Positions 9,914 to 18,582 of a stretch of 64,000 nt of DNA are shown piece after piece (within the stretch, counting starts at the first letter, position 1; every line of letters starts with the position of its first letter). A program made the position numbers and the translations under genes. The notes beneath the pieces are model-generated. The model had not been told where the DNA came from and searched no databases. It was given only the letters and a program-made list of their open reading frames with translations. Source of the DNA: an uncultured Polyangiaceae bacterium (GTDB taxonomy: Bacteria; Myxococcota_A; Polyangia; Polyangiales; Polyangiaceae); the NCBI GenBank assembly GCA_964610275.1, contig CAZSVU010000005.1:484-64483 (forward strand), written 5' to 3'.

Positions 9914-10864
9914 CTAGTTCTCCGGTTGCCTCGGATCGCTGCTGTCTCCGATCACTTCGTGCACCACGCCGTTCTTGCCTCCGGCCTTCACACGGTACAT
10001 CAGCTCGTCCACCACTTGGATGGCTTCGCGACCGCTGGGTGGTGCCTCAGCGAACGTCGCTGCCCCGAAGCTGAACGTGACCGCCGACTCCTGGCGTCCC
10101 ATCTCTTGCAGCAGCGCCGTGCGCAGCTTCTCCATCACGCGCAGGGTCCCAGGAGGACTCGTATCCTCGAGCAGCACCGCGAACTCGTCCCCGCCCAGCC
10201 GGGCCAGCAGGTCGGTTGCCCTGAGCCCACTCTGGGCGCAGCCGACCACCGCTTGAAGCAGGCGGTCGCCGGCCACGTGCCCCTGGAGGTCGTTGACGAG
10301 CTTGAATCCATCCAAGTCGAAATATACCAGCCCGAATGGACGATTGCCCCGCCGCGCTCGCGCAATCTCCAGCTCCAGCCGACGGTAGAAGGCCCGGCTG
10401 TTGGCGGCGCCCGTCAGTGCGTCCGTGCGGGCCAACGCCTGCTCTGCGTCCCGCGCTTGGCGGAGGCGCGCTAGCAGGATGCCGATCGTCAAGAAGACGA
10501 ACAGGCGCGCGATGGCGTTCCAGAGCAGGATGCTGGGATGGCTGTAGGTGTGCGCGCCCGCGTCGGCTGCACTCCAGGCAACCGCCGATGCAACCGCGGC
10601 AGCGATGCCCAGCCCCAGGCCGCCGCGCCACACCACGAATGTCACGGGCAGAATGTAGAAGACCGAGAAGGCAATCTCCCCGCCGGTGGCCTTGTCCACC
10701 CACCAGACGCCGGCGATCAAGGTCGCGCCGAAGGCACCGACAGCGATTCGCTTGCCGAGCCCGCCATCGGGGGCTGGACTCGGCGTCCGTTCGTCGGCAG
10801 CGGGATCGCCCATCCAGCGAATGTAGCACGGTGCGCTACAGCCATGGCGGTCCTGACGATTCAC
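9914..10864 (-). CDS. Membrane-anchored diguanylate cyclase (GGDEF)
   Basis: The N-terminus has about 4 TM helices. The C-terminal part has ...DALTGAANSRAF...RLGGDEFAVLL...ADELMYRVKAGGKN. Its stop TAG (9916..9914) directly abuts the ATG (9913) of the next gene. The start may be ATG 10813. Confidence 0.9.
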   Translation of the reverse strand: MNRQDRHGCSAPCYIRWMGDPAADERTPSPAPDGGLGKRIAVGAFGATLIAGVWWVDKATGGEIAFSVFYILPVTFVVWRGGLGLGIAAAVASAVAWSAADAGAHTYSHPSILLWNAIARLFVFLTIGILLARLRQARDAEQALARTDALTGAANSRAFYRRLELEIARARRGNRPFGLVYFDLDGFKLVNDLQGHVAGDRLLQAVVGCAQSGLRATDLLARLGGDEFAVLLEDTSPPGTLRVMEKLRTALLQEMGRQESAVTFSFGAATFAEAPPSGREAIQVVDELMYRVKAGGKNGVVHEVIGDSSDPRQPEN

Positions 10865-11033
10865 AGGCCGGATCGCGCGACATCGATGGTCGCTTCCGCT
10901 CGTCCGCGCCGAGCGGCCATGATAGACGGACCGAGTTGTCCATGCCGAACGCGCGAGCGCTCCCCAGGGATGGTGGCCCGACCGGCAACAAGGTGATCTG
11001 GCGCGTCAGATTCGGCGTGCAGCACGGTCCGCC

Positions 11034-12734
11034 ATGACCGAGCGTCCTGCCAGGTACCGCCACCTGTGGCGGCAGACCGCATTGCGCCTGCTGCTGACCT
11101 ACTTGGCCCCCCTGGTCTTGCTGGCGGCGTACTTCAACTGGCAGTCACAGAACCTCGCCCGGGAAGGGCGCCAGCAGCACCTGCTGGCGATAGCGGAGAA
11201 CCAGGCCAAGACCCTGGATCTCTTCCTGCGGGAACGCCGCGTCAACCTCGCGAACATGCTCGAGGATCCGAGGCTGCCGGAGGGCCCGTCCGAAGAGCGA
11301 GCCAGCGACTGTCTCGACCGCCTGAAGCGGGACAGCGACGCATTCGTGGACGTGGGGTTCTTCGACGCCGGGGGTTCGATGGTCAGCTACGCCGGCCCTT
11401 TCCCTTCGTTGCGTGAGAAGAGGTACGGCAGCGAACAGTGGTTCGTGGCGTTGCGCTCGGCTGCAGAGCGCTCCGTGATCACCGACATGTACCTTGGCTT
11501 CCGGCAGAAGCCGCACTTCACCATCGCAGTGCTCCGGCCGGACGAGCGCGAGCCGGTGGCGGTGCGCGCCACGCTCGACCCCAAGCGATTCGGCGAATAC
11601 CTGACCACCCTGGAGGGGGCCGGAGAGGTGCAGAGCGTACTGGTCAGCGAGGCGGGGGCCTACCAGGCCGTCGACGTTCCGGCGGTGCTGGCCGGCGCGC
11701 AGCAGCCACCGGTCCCGCCCCGTTCCCCGAGCCTGGGCACGGGTCGAGTACAGACCGGAGATGGCGAGTACGACTACGCCTACTGCTGGCTCGGGCTGAC
11801 CAACTGGGCCCTCCTGTCGGTCTACGCCAAAGGACCCGCCGGCTCGGTTCTTGCAAATCTGAACGTGAGCCTACTAGCACTGTCGTTGGGTCTGATTCTG
11901 GCCGTGCTGTCCACCATCCTGATCCGAACCTCTCAGGTCGTGCGGCGTCAGCGGGAGCGAGACGCGACCGAGCGCGAGCTATCGGGCCAGCTCCACCATG
12001 CGGCTCGATTGGCCTCGGTGGGTGAGCTGGCGGCGGGCGTGGCCCACGAGATCAACAACCCGCTGGCCGTCGTCGCCGAGGAGGCAGGGCTGCTTCAGGA
12101 CATGATGGATCCCGAGCTGGGTCAGGGGGTGACCCCGGACGAGATGCACGAGCACCTGCAGGCCATCCATGATGCCGCCTTCCGAGCGCGCGACATCACC
12201 CGCAAGCTCCTGACGTTCGTTCGCAAGACCGACGTGCGCCTCGAGTGGCACGACGTCAACTCGATTCTCGAGGACGCCGTCGGCGGCTTCCTCGAACGCG
12301 AAATGACCGTGTCGAACATCTGCTTCGTGCGGGAGTACGGCGAGGGGCTGCCCCAGGTGCTCGCTGACCGTGGCCAGCTGGAGCAGGTGGTCATCAATCT
12401 CATCACCAACGCCATCGATGCGATGCCCAATGGTGGGCAGCTCACGTTGCGCACGCGCTCGGTCGGGGACGCAGTGCGGATTACCTTGGCCGACACAGGC
12501 GTGGGCATCTCACCGGAGCAGCTCGAACGGATCTTCGTTCCGTTCCACACCACCAAGGAAGTCGGTAAGGGTACGGGCCTCGGGTTGAGCGTGAGCTACG
12601 GTATCATCCAGAGCTACGGGGGAGACATCCTGGTGGACAGCCGGCTCGATGAAGGGAGCACCTTCACCGTCGTCGTTCCGGTACAGCCGCCGGAAGTAGC
12701 CGGGCCCAAAGCGCGCGGGGAGAAAGAAGCATGA
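11034..12734 (+). CDS. Sensor histidine kinase with Cache/PDC-like domain (paralogue of 4880..6760)
   Basis: H-box HEINNPLAVV, N-box VINLITNAIDAM, DTGVGI, GTGLGLSVSYG. The periplasmic stretch ...SYAGPFPSLREKRYGSEQWFVALRSAAERSVITDMYLGFRQKPHFTIAV... mirrors that of the other kinase. Confidence 0.9.
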   Translation: MTERPARYRHLWRQTALRLLLTYLAPLVLLAAYFNWQSQNLAREGRQQHLLAIAENQAKTLDLFLRERRVNLANMLEDPRLPEGPSEERASDCLDRLKRDSDAFVDVGFFDAGGSMVSYAGPFPSLREKRYGSEQWFVALRSAAERSVITDMYLGFRQKPHFTIAVLRPDEREPVAVRATLDPKRFGEYLTTLEGAGEVQSVLVSEAGAYQAVDVPAVLAGAQQPPVPPRSPSLGTGRVQTGDGEYDYAYCWLGLTNWALLSVYAKGPAGSVLANLNVSLLALSLGLILAVLSTILIRTSQVVRRQRERDATERELSGQLHHAARLASVGELAAGVAHEINNPLAVVAEEAGLLQDMMDPELGQGVTPDEMHEHLQAIHDAAFRARDITRKLLTFVRKTDVRLEWHDVNSILEDAVGGFLEREMTVSNICFVREYGEGLPQVLADRGQLEQVVINLITNAIDAMPNGGQLTLRTRSVGDAVRITLADTGVGISPEQLERIFVPFHTTKEVGKGTGLGLSVSYGIIQSYGGDILVDSRLDEGSTFTVVVPVQPPEVAGPKARGEKEA

Positions 12735-13300
12735 AAGCGACGGTCGTCCAGGACGTGATGTTGCCCCTGGTGGACGTGCCCACCATTCCCGAGGACGCTA
12801 CGCTCGCCGATGCGGTCTCGGCTCTGGCCCGGGCGCAGCACCGTCGCCCGGCTGGGCGACTCCCGTTTCGTGTCATCCTGGTGGTGAACTCGCACGGGCA
12901 CGTCGTCGGCAAGCTGGGGCACCTGGCGTTCGTGCAGGCGCTCGAGCCAGGCTTCGAGCCGCCCGACGAGCGGGAAACGCTGCAACGCGCCGGAGTGGAT
13001 CCGGCACTGGTGGAGTCGCTGTCGCAGTATCGGCGGTTCTGGGAAGGCGACCTGGAGCTGGCGTGCCACCGGGCGGCTCAGCTGCGAGTGGGCGACGTCA
13101 TGCGCGGCGTGGGCGAGAGCGTCGACGTCTCCATGCCTCTGCTACAGGCCATCTCCGCGCTGGTGCGCCTCGGCACGCTCTCCGTGCTGGTGCGCCGAGG
13201 CGACCTAGCCGTCGGCCTGCTGCGGTTGGCGGACGTGTACGAGTACACCGCGCGCCTGATCGCGCAGGAGCAAGACACAGAGAGCGACGAGTCCGTCTGA
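12731..13300 (+). CDS. CBS-pair domain protein
   Basis: 189 aa with two CBS-like modules (VQDVMLPLVDVPTIPEDATLADAVSAL... and LRVGDVMRGVGESVDVSMPLLQAISALVRLGTLSVLV). Its ATG overlaps the kinase stop (ATGA). Confidence 0.7.
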   Translation: MKATVVQDVMLPLVDVPTIPEDATLADAVSALARAQHRRPAGRLPFRVILVVNSHGHVVGKLGHLAFVQALEPGFEPPDERETLQRAGVDPALVESLSQYRRFWEGDLELACHRAAQLRVGDVMRGVGESVDVSMPLLQAISALVRLGTLSVLVRRGDLAVGLLRLADVYEYTARLIAQEQDTESDESV

Positions 13301-13312
13301 ACGGAGACGAAC

Positions 13313-15346
13313 ATGCCAAAGCTTTTGCTGGTCGATGACGAGGAGCGGTTTCGCACATCGCTGGCGCGGCGCCTTCAAGCCCGTGGCTACGAGACGGTGG
13401 ACCTGCCGGGAGGCGAGGAGGCCATCAAGCAAGTGCGCAGCAACGAGGGTATCGACGTCGTCGTGTTGGATCGGAAGATGCCAGATCTGTCCGGGGAAGA
13501 CGCCCTCAAGGGTATCAAGGAGTTTCGACCCGAGGTGCAGGTCATCATGCTCACGGGCCACCCCGACGTGGAGTCGGCGCGTGAGGCGGGCCAACTCGAC
13601 GCATTTGCCTATCTGCAGAAGCCGTGCGAGCTGGAGGAGCTCACGCGGGTGATCGACGAAGCCCGGGAGGCCACGGTACACGCCAAGCGTCGTTTCGAGG
13701 TTCCGCACGTCGAAGCACGGTCGCTGCGAGCCTGGCTGAAGGGGAGCCACCATTCCCGACCGGGACTTGTCCTGCTCGGCGCGCTACTGTTTGCGCTCAT
13801 CGTCTTGATGCCCACGCCGGCGCGGCTGACGCAGCTTCTCGCGGAGCCCAAGACCGGTCAGATCACGGACGCCACCGCCGGGTACGCCGACTACCGCAAG
13901 CTCGAGCCGGGGCAGACCATCGCCGAGTACTATGGCCACAAGGCCGAGCTCGAGCGGAAGGTCACCGAGGCTGACGGCAAGACGCGTGTGGTTTCCCTGA
14001 GTCCGGACGGGGCAGCGCTCCGAGCCAAGGTCATGCTCGGCACTCTGGTCGTCGCCGCGCTGTTCTGGGCCGTGGGTGCTGTACCGGTGGGGGTGACGGC
14101 CATGCTGGTCGGACTGATCATGTACCTCGCCGGAGTGCTGCGGCCGGACGGGGTTGCCCAGGCGTACGCCAAGGATGCGGTGATCTTCATCTTCGGGGTA
14201 CTGGCGCTGTCCAAGGCCATTTCTGGTACGGGCTTGGATCGACGCATCGGCCTGCTCCTGCTGGGCCCGGCCAAGACGTTACCAAGACTCCTGTTCTTGT
14301 TCCTACCCATGCTGTCGATGGCGTGCGCCTTCGTCTCCGAGCACGCGCTGGTGGCTTTCTTGATGCCGCTGTTCATGATCGTCTACACGTCTTCCGTGCG
14401 CGCGGCCGGCGTCAAGGTGGACAAGGCTCTGGCGGTGATGTTCGCGCTGAGCGTGTGCTTCGCCGCGAACGCTGGGGGCCCCGGCTCGCCCGCCGCCGGA
14501 GGACGCAATGCCGTGATGATTGGTATCCTCACGGAGTACGGCAACGCGCCGACCTTTGGCCAGTGGGTGGTGTACGGGTTGCCATTCGTGCCCGTGATGG
14601 CGCTGGTGATTGCAGCCTATTTCTACCTGGTCTTTCGCCGGAAGCTCAAAGTACGAAAGCTCGACGTGTCGTCGCTGGTGAAGGATGCGTCCGAACGTAT
14701 CGGGCCGATGAACCAGCGCGAGTACATTACGGCCGGCACCTTGCTCCTGGTCATCGCCCTCTGGGTGGGGGCCAGCGACATGCTGGGAATGGGGGGGCCG
14801 GTGCTCATCGGCCTGGTGCTGCTCAACTTGCTGCGTGTGCTCAAGTGGCGGGACGTCGCCGGAATCCAGTGGGAGGTCGTCGCGCTGTACGGTAGCGCCA
14901 CGGCCCTGGGCAAGGGGCTCGCCATGACGGGAGCGGCCCTGTACATGGCCGATGCGTTTGTGGCCGTCCTGCCCGAGTTTTTAACCCACGGAACGGGGCT
15001 GGCCGTCGCGACGAGCTTGTTCACGGGCATCACCACCAACTTCATGAGCGATGGAGCCACCGTGGCCGCCATCGGGCCCATCACCGTGCCCATGGCGACC
15101 ATTTCCGGCACCCATCCGTGGATGACCGGGTTCTCCACGGCGTTTGCCTCGTCGTTTGCCCACATGATGATCATCGGCACCCCCAACAACGCCATCGCCT
15201 ATGCCATGGCCAAGGATCCGATCACCGGGGAGCAGCTGGTGACCCTGGGCGACTTTTTCAAGCACGGTGCGGCAGTACTGCTGTTGTCGTTTGTCGTGCT
15301 GTGGGGCTGGTGTTTCATGGGATACTGGCGCTGGATTGGCTTCTGA
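13313..15346 (+). CDS. Receiver domain fused to a DASS/SLC13-family anion permease
   Basis: Residues about 1-120 form a canonical REC (LLLVDDEERF, VVVLDRKMPDLSG, IMLTGH, YLQKP). The remainder is a polytopic permease carrying the DASS signature ...AFASSFAHMMIIGTPNNAIAYA... Confidence 0.85.
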   Translation: MPKLLLVDDEERFRTSLARRLQARGYETVDLPGGEEAIKQVRSNEGIDVVVLDRKMPDLSGEDALKGIKEFRPEVQVIMLTGHPDVESAREAGQLDAFAYLQKPCELEELTRVIDEAREATVHAKRRFEVPHVEARSLRAWLKGSHHSRPGLVLLGALLFALIVLMPTPARLTQLLAEPKTGQITDATAGYADYRKLEPGQTIAEYYGHKAELERKVTEADGKTRVVSLSPDGAALRAKVMLGTLVVAALFWAVGAVPVGVTAMLVGLIMYLAGVLRPDGVAQAYAKDAVIFIFGVLALSKAISGTGLDRRIGLLLLGPAKTLPRLLFLFLPMLSMACAFVSEHALVAFLMPLFMIVYTSSVRAAGVKVDKALAVMFALSVCFAANAGGPGSPAAGGRNAVMIGILTEYGNAPTFGQWVVYGLPFVPVMALVIAAYFYLVFRRKLKVRKLDVSSLVKDASERIGPMNQREYITAGTLLLVIALWVGASDMLGMGGPVLIGLVLLNLLRVLKWRDVAGIQWEVVALYGSATALGKGLAMTGAALYMADAFVAVLPEFLTHGTGLAVATSLFTGITTNFMSDGATVAAIGPITVPMATISGTHPWMTGFSTAFASSFAHMMIIGTPNNAIAYAMAKDPITGEQLVTLGDFFKHGAAVLLLSFVVLWGWCFMGYWRWIGF

Positions 15347-15376
15347 GAGGGTGCCCGCGCCTGCGGGAGGTGGCAA

Positions 15377-15865
15377 GTGAGCGAGAAGATCAGGCTGCTC
15401 ATCGTGGACGACGAGGTCCGGTTTCTGGACGCCATCGCCAAGCGACTGGAGATGCGCGACTTCGAAGTGACCAAGGCTCCGGACGGCGCGTCAGCACTGG
15501 CTGCCGCCCAGGGCGTCAAGTTCGACGTTGCCCTGCTGGATCTCAAGATGCCCGGCATGGATGGCCGAGAGGTGCTGGAGGCGCTCAAGGCCGAGCACCG
15601 GTTTCTCGAGGTGATCATTCTCACCGGTCATGGCTCGCTGGATTCAGCGGTGGAGTGCACCAAGCTCGGTGCCTTCGGTTACCTGCCCAAGCCCTATGAG
15701 CTCGACCGGTTGATCGAGGTGCTCAAGGACGCGTACGAGCATCGGTTGCGTCGGAAGTTCGAGCATGACCAGGGGCGCCTCGACGAGTTGACCCAGGTGG
15801 CCCTCGGCAACAGTCCGCTGGCCATTCTTCGACGCATGCGCGAGCTCGATGACGAGCGGAAGTAG
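15377..15865 (+). CDS. Single-domain response regulator
   Basis: GTG start. Motifs: LLIVDDEVRFL, FDVALLDLKMPGMDG, IILTGHG, YLPKP. A short helical tail follows. Confidence 0.85.
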   Translation: MSEKIRLLIVDDEVRFLDAIAKRLEMRDFEVTKAPDGASALAAAQGVKFDVALLDLKMPGMDGREVLEALKAEHRFLEVIILTGHGSLDSAVECTKLGAFGYLPKPYELDRLIEVLKDAYEHRLRRKFEHDQGRLDELTQVALGNSPLAILRRMRELDDERK

Positions 15866-15939
15866 GGCCACCTCACCTTCGGCTTGGATCGAGCAGCATT
15901 GGGGTGTCTTCGGGGCCGGAACCGTGAGAATCTTGGCTC

Positions 15940-16836
15940 GTGCGTGTAGCCAGCAAGATCATGCGTGTGCTCATGCTCGCCTTCGTGCCCGTGGGGTTGG
16001 GCTTGGTCCTCTGGCCCCAGGCGGTCCGGCGCCGTGCTGCCCGGGCCAAGATGCCCAGGGCGCGAGCGGTTCTACACTCGGTGGCGCAGAGATACCCTTC
16101 CATCCCCTTCGCCCCGCCCCTGTCCGTCCCGCCACCTGACGTGTCCCTCTGTCCCGCGGACATGGTCCTGATCGACGGGCAGTACTGCCCGGAAATGGCG
16201 TTCCGCTGCCTCGAGTACTTGGGAGAGGGGCGCCTCCGGTGTGCGGAGTTCGCCAAGACGCGACGTTGTTTTGGAGCTCTGCAGAAGAAGCGCTTCTGCA
16301 TCGACAGCTACGAGTACCCCAACCAGGAGGGCAAGAAGCCTCGCCTGGCAATGACCTGGGAGGAGGCCAAGCTGCTCTGTCAGGCTGAGGGCAAGCGATT
16401 GTGCAAGGCCAGCGAGTGGACGCTGGCTTGCGAGGGGGCTGAGCCGCTGCCGTATCCCTACGGTTTTTCACGCGATTCGCGCCTCTGCAACATAGACCGA
16501 CCCTATCGCTTCCCCAACAACTCGGCGTACGCCAATCCTCAGACTCGGGCGCAGGAAGTTGCGCGCCTCGACCAGCGTGAACCGTCCGGTGCCCGCGCCG
16601 GCTGTGTGAGCCCCTACGGCGTGTACGACATGACGGGCAACGTCGATGAATGGGTGGTCAACGAGCAGGGGTCCCGGACCAAACCGCCCTACGTGAGTGG
16701 GCTGAAAGGGGGCTACTGGGGCCCGGTCCGCAATCGGTGCCGCCCCATCACCGACGTGCACAACATGTGGCACTCGGGCTACCAGATTGGCCTGCGGTGC
16801 TGCGCTGATCCCCCTCCCGAGGTTCAGTCCCCGTGA
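15940..16836 (+). CDS. Formylglycine-generating-enzyme (SUMF1/FGE) family protein, membrane-anchored
   Basis: There is an N-terminal TM helix. FGE-fold motifs follow: ...CIDSYEYPN..., ...CVSPYGVYDMTGNVDEWV..., ...GLKGGYWG..., ...GYQIGLRCCA. Confidence 0.75.
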   Translation: MRVASKIMRVLMLAFVPVGLGLVLWPQAVRRRAARAKMPRARAVLHSVAQRYPSIPFAPPLSVPPPDVSLCPADMVLIDGQYCPEMAFRCLEYLGEGRLRCAEFAKTRRCFGALQKKRFCIDSYEYPNQEGKKPRLAMTWEEAKLLCQAEGKRLCKASEWTLACEGAEPLPYPYGFSRDSRLCNIDRPYRFPNNSAYANPQTRAQEVARLDQREPSGARAGCVSPYGVYDMTGNVDEWVVNEQGSRTKPPYVSGLKGGYWGPVRNRCRPITDVHNMWHSGYQIGLRCCADPPPEVQSP

Positions 16837-16978
16837 GGCGCCCAGAACGGGCAACCCACCAGGGCGGACTGCGGGGCTGCGTCACGACTCGTGGCGATGG
16901 GGCGCTCCGGCGCTGGGACGGCAAGGACCCGTCGGCAGCGTCCCGGCGCAACGCCCAACTTGGGGATGACGCGGGAGC

Positions 16979-18499
16979 GTGATACTCCCGGAGTGGGTAG
17001 CTCGCGCCATGCCCGAAGAGCTCATCGTCTCCGCCACTGAACTCGTCCAACAGCTCCGCTGGGTGGACGTCGTGGACGTCACGGTGGTGTCCGCCCTGGT
17101 GTACGCCGCGATCAGTTGGCTGGGCCGCGCTCAATCCCGCTTCGTCGTGCGCGGTTTGGCCGGGGTCGTCGCGCTCTACTTCGTGGCGCGGCTGCTGGGA
17201 ATGCACCTGACGTTGTTCATCTTCCAGGCAGCCCTCACCGTCGCCGTGGTGGCACTGGTGGTCATTTTCCAGGAGGACATCCGCCGGGCGTTCGAGCGGA
17301 TCGCCACCCGTGCGCGGCTGGGGACCCCGAAGGCAGCCCCTCCTCGGGAACGGACGGTGCGTCTCGTCTGCCGGGTGGCAGCACAGCTGGCCGCCAATCG
17401 CATCGGCGCCTTGATCATCTTCAAAGGGCGCGAACCTCTCGACCGACACCTGACGGGTGGGATCGAGCTTCAGGGTCAACTCAGCGAGCAACTCTTGTTC
17501 AGCATCTTTGATCCGTCGTCGCCGGGGCACGATGGCGGCCTGGTGGTTCACCTGGGTGAGGTGGACCGATTCGGGGTGCATCTCCCGCTCTCGACCCAAC
17601 CGGACGCCGAGCCACGGGGCACCCGACACGCCGCTGCGCTGGGCCTGGCGGAGCGCTCTGACGCCCTGGTGGTGGTGGTCTCGGAGGAGCGCGGGACCAT
17701 CAGTGTGGCCCAGGCGGGCGCGATTGACGTCGTCAGCCCGCGTGCGCTTCGGGACCGGTTGACGGCGTTCATCAAGGCTCAGGCTTCGGAGCGACGAGTC
17801 GGGCAGGGCGGCTGGCTCAGGCGCACGGCCCTCAAGCTGCTTGCTGTGCTGCTCGCAGCCACGGCCTGGGCGATCGTGGCTCGTTCCCAGGCCGAGGTGG
17901 TCGAGCGGACGGTTACGCTGCCCGTGGTCTACCGGAACGTGCCCCATCATTGGCTAATCGAAGAGCCGGTCCCCGGCGAGGTGCGCGCCACGTTGAGCGG
18001 GCCAGCGGTCGACGTTCGGGGGCTGGATCCGGCACGCCTGCCTCTCACGTTGGACATGAGCGAGGTCGACGAAGGCAAGCAGGTCGTGACCGTCGATCCA
18101 GCGTCGGTCCGAATGCCGGCGGGGATCGTGCTCCAGCGCGTGCACCCGAGGACCGTGGACGTGGTGGCTCGCCGACTCGTCGAAGCTGAGCTTCGGGTCA
18201 CTGCTCACACCAAGGGCCACCTTCGCCGAGGGGTGGTGCTGGAGGCGCTGCGGGTCGAGCCCGAGCGGGTCACGGTCCTGGTTCCGGCCAAAGGGCGCCC
18301 GCTGATCCATTCGTTGGAGACGGCACCTCTCGACCTGAGCGAGCTCCGCACGACCACGACCGTGGAGCGCCGAGTCCTGCTGCCATCGGAAGTGGACAGT
18401 CCCGATGGCTCCCCCCTGACGGTCAAGGTCACAGCGGTGCTGGAGCAACGCGCGGTCCAACGGCCACCAAAACCGGTCGGGTCCGCTGCAGCGCCGTGA
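16979..18499 (+). CDS. cdaA: Diadenylate cyclase CdaA fused to YbbR (CdaR-like) repeats
   Basis: Three N-terminal TM helices are followed by a DAC domain (GALIIFKGREPL, SPGHDGGLVVH, GTRHAAALGLAERSDALVVVVSEERGTISVA). After that come a TM helix and about 230 aa of YbbR-like beta repeats (VTLPVVYRNVPHHWLIEEPVPGEVRATLSGP; RVTAHTKGHL...VEPERVTVLVP). Confidence 0.8.
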   Translation: MILPEWVARAMPEELIVSATELVQQLRWVDVVDVTVVSALVYAAISWLGRAQSRFVVRGLAGVVALYFVARLLGMHLTLFIFQAALTVAVVALVVIFQEDIRRAFERIATRARLGTPKAAPPRERTVRLVCRVAAQLAANRIGALIIFKGREPLDRHLTGGIELQGQLSEQLLFSIFDPSSPGHDGGLVVHLGEVDRFGVHLPLSTQPDAEPRGTRHAAALGLAERSDALVVVVSEERGTISVAQAGAIDVVSPRALRDRLTAFIKAQASERRVGQGGWLRRTALKLLAVLLAATAWAIVARSQAEVVERTVTLPVVYRNVPHHWLIEEPVPGEVRATLSGPAVDVRGLDPARLPLTLDMSEVDEGKQVVTVDPASVRMPAGIVLQRVHPRTVDVVARRLVEAELRVTAHTKGHLRRGVVLEALRVEPERVTVLVPAKGRPLIHSLETAPLDLSELRTTTTVERRVLLPSEVDSPDGSPLTVKVTAVLEQRAVQRPPKPVGSAAAP

Positions 18500-18582
18500 A
18501 GGTGTCCCCTCGCGATCCAGCTGTGGCAATAGGCAACAAGTGACGCGGTTCGGGACATGTCGAGCCCCGAAAGCACGCTGGA

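Noticed and set aside
15940-16836. FGE/C-type-lectin-fold protein as a possible diversity-generating retroelement target
   Set aside because: There is no reverse transcriptase gene, no template repeat copy of its 3' end anywhere in the window, and no Asn/AAC-rich variable region at the C-terminus.
16748-17950. 400-aa minus-strand ORF opposite cdaA. Similar long antisense ORFs occur at 24143..25642, 24985..25836, 48437..50533, 1902..3077, 27957..29090, 39299..40042 and 60913..61806.
   Set aside because: All lie antisense to genes with clear family motifs. They have Arg/Pro/Gly/His-rich low-information translations and no motifs, which is typical of high-GC shadow ORFs.
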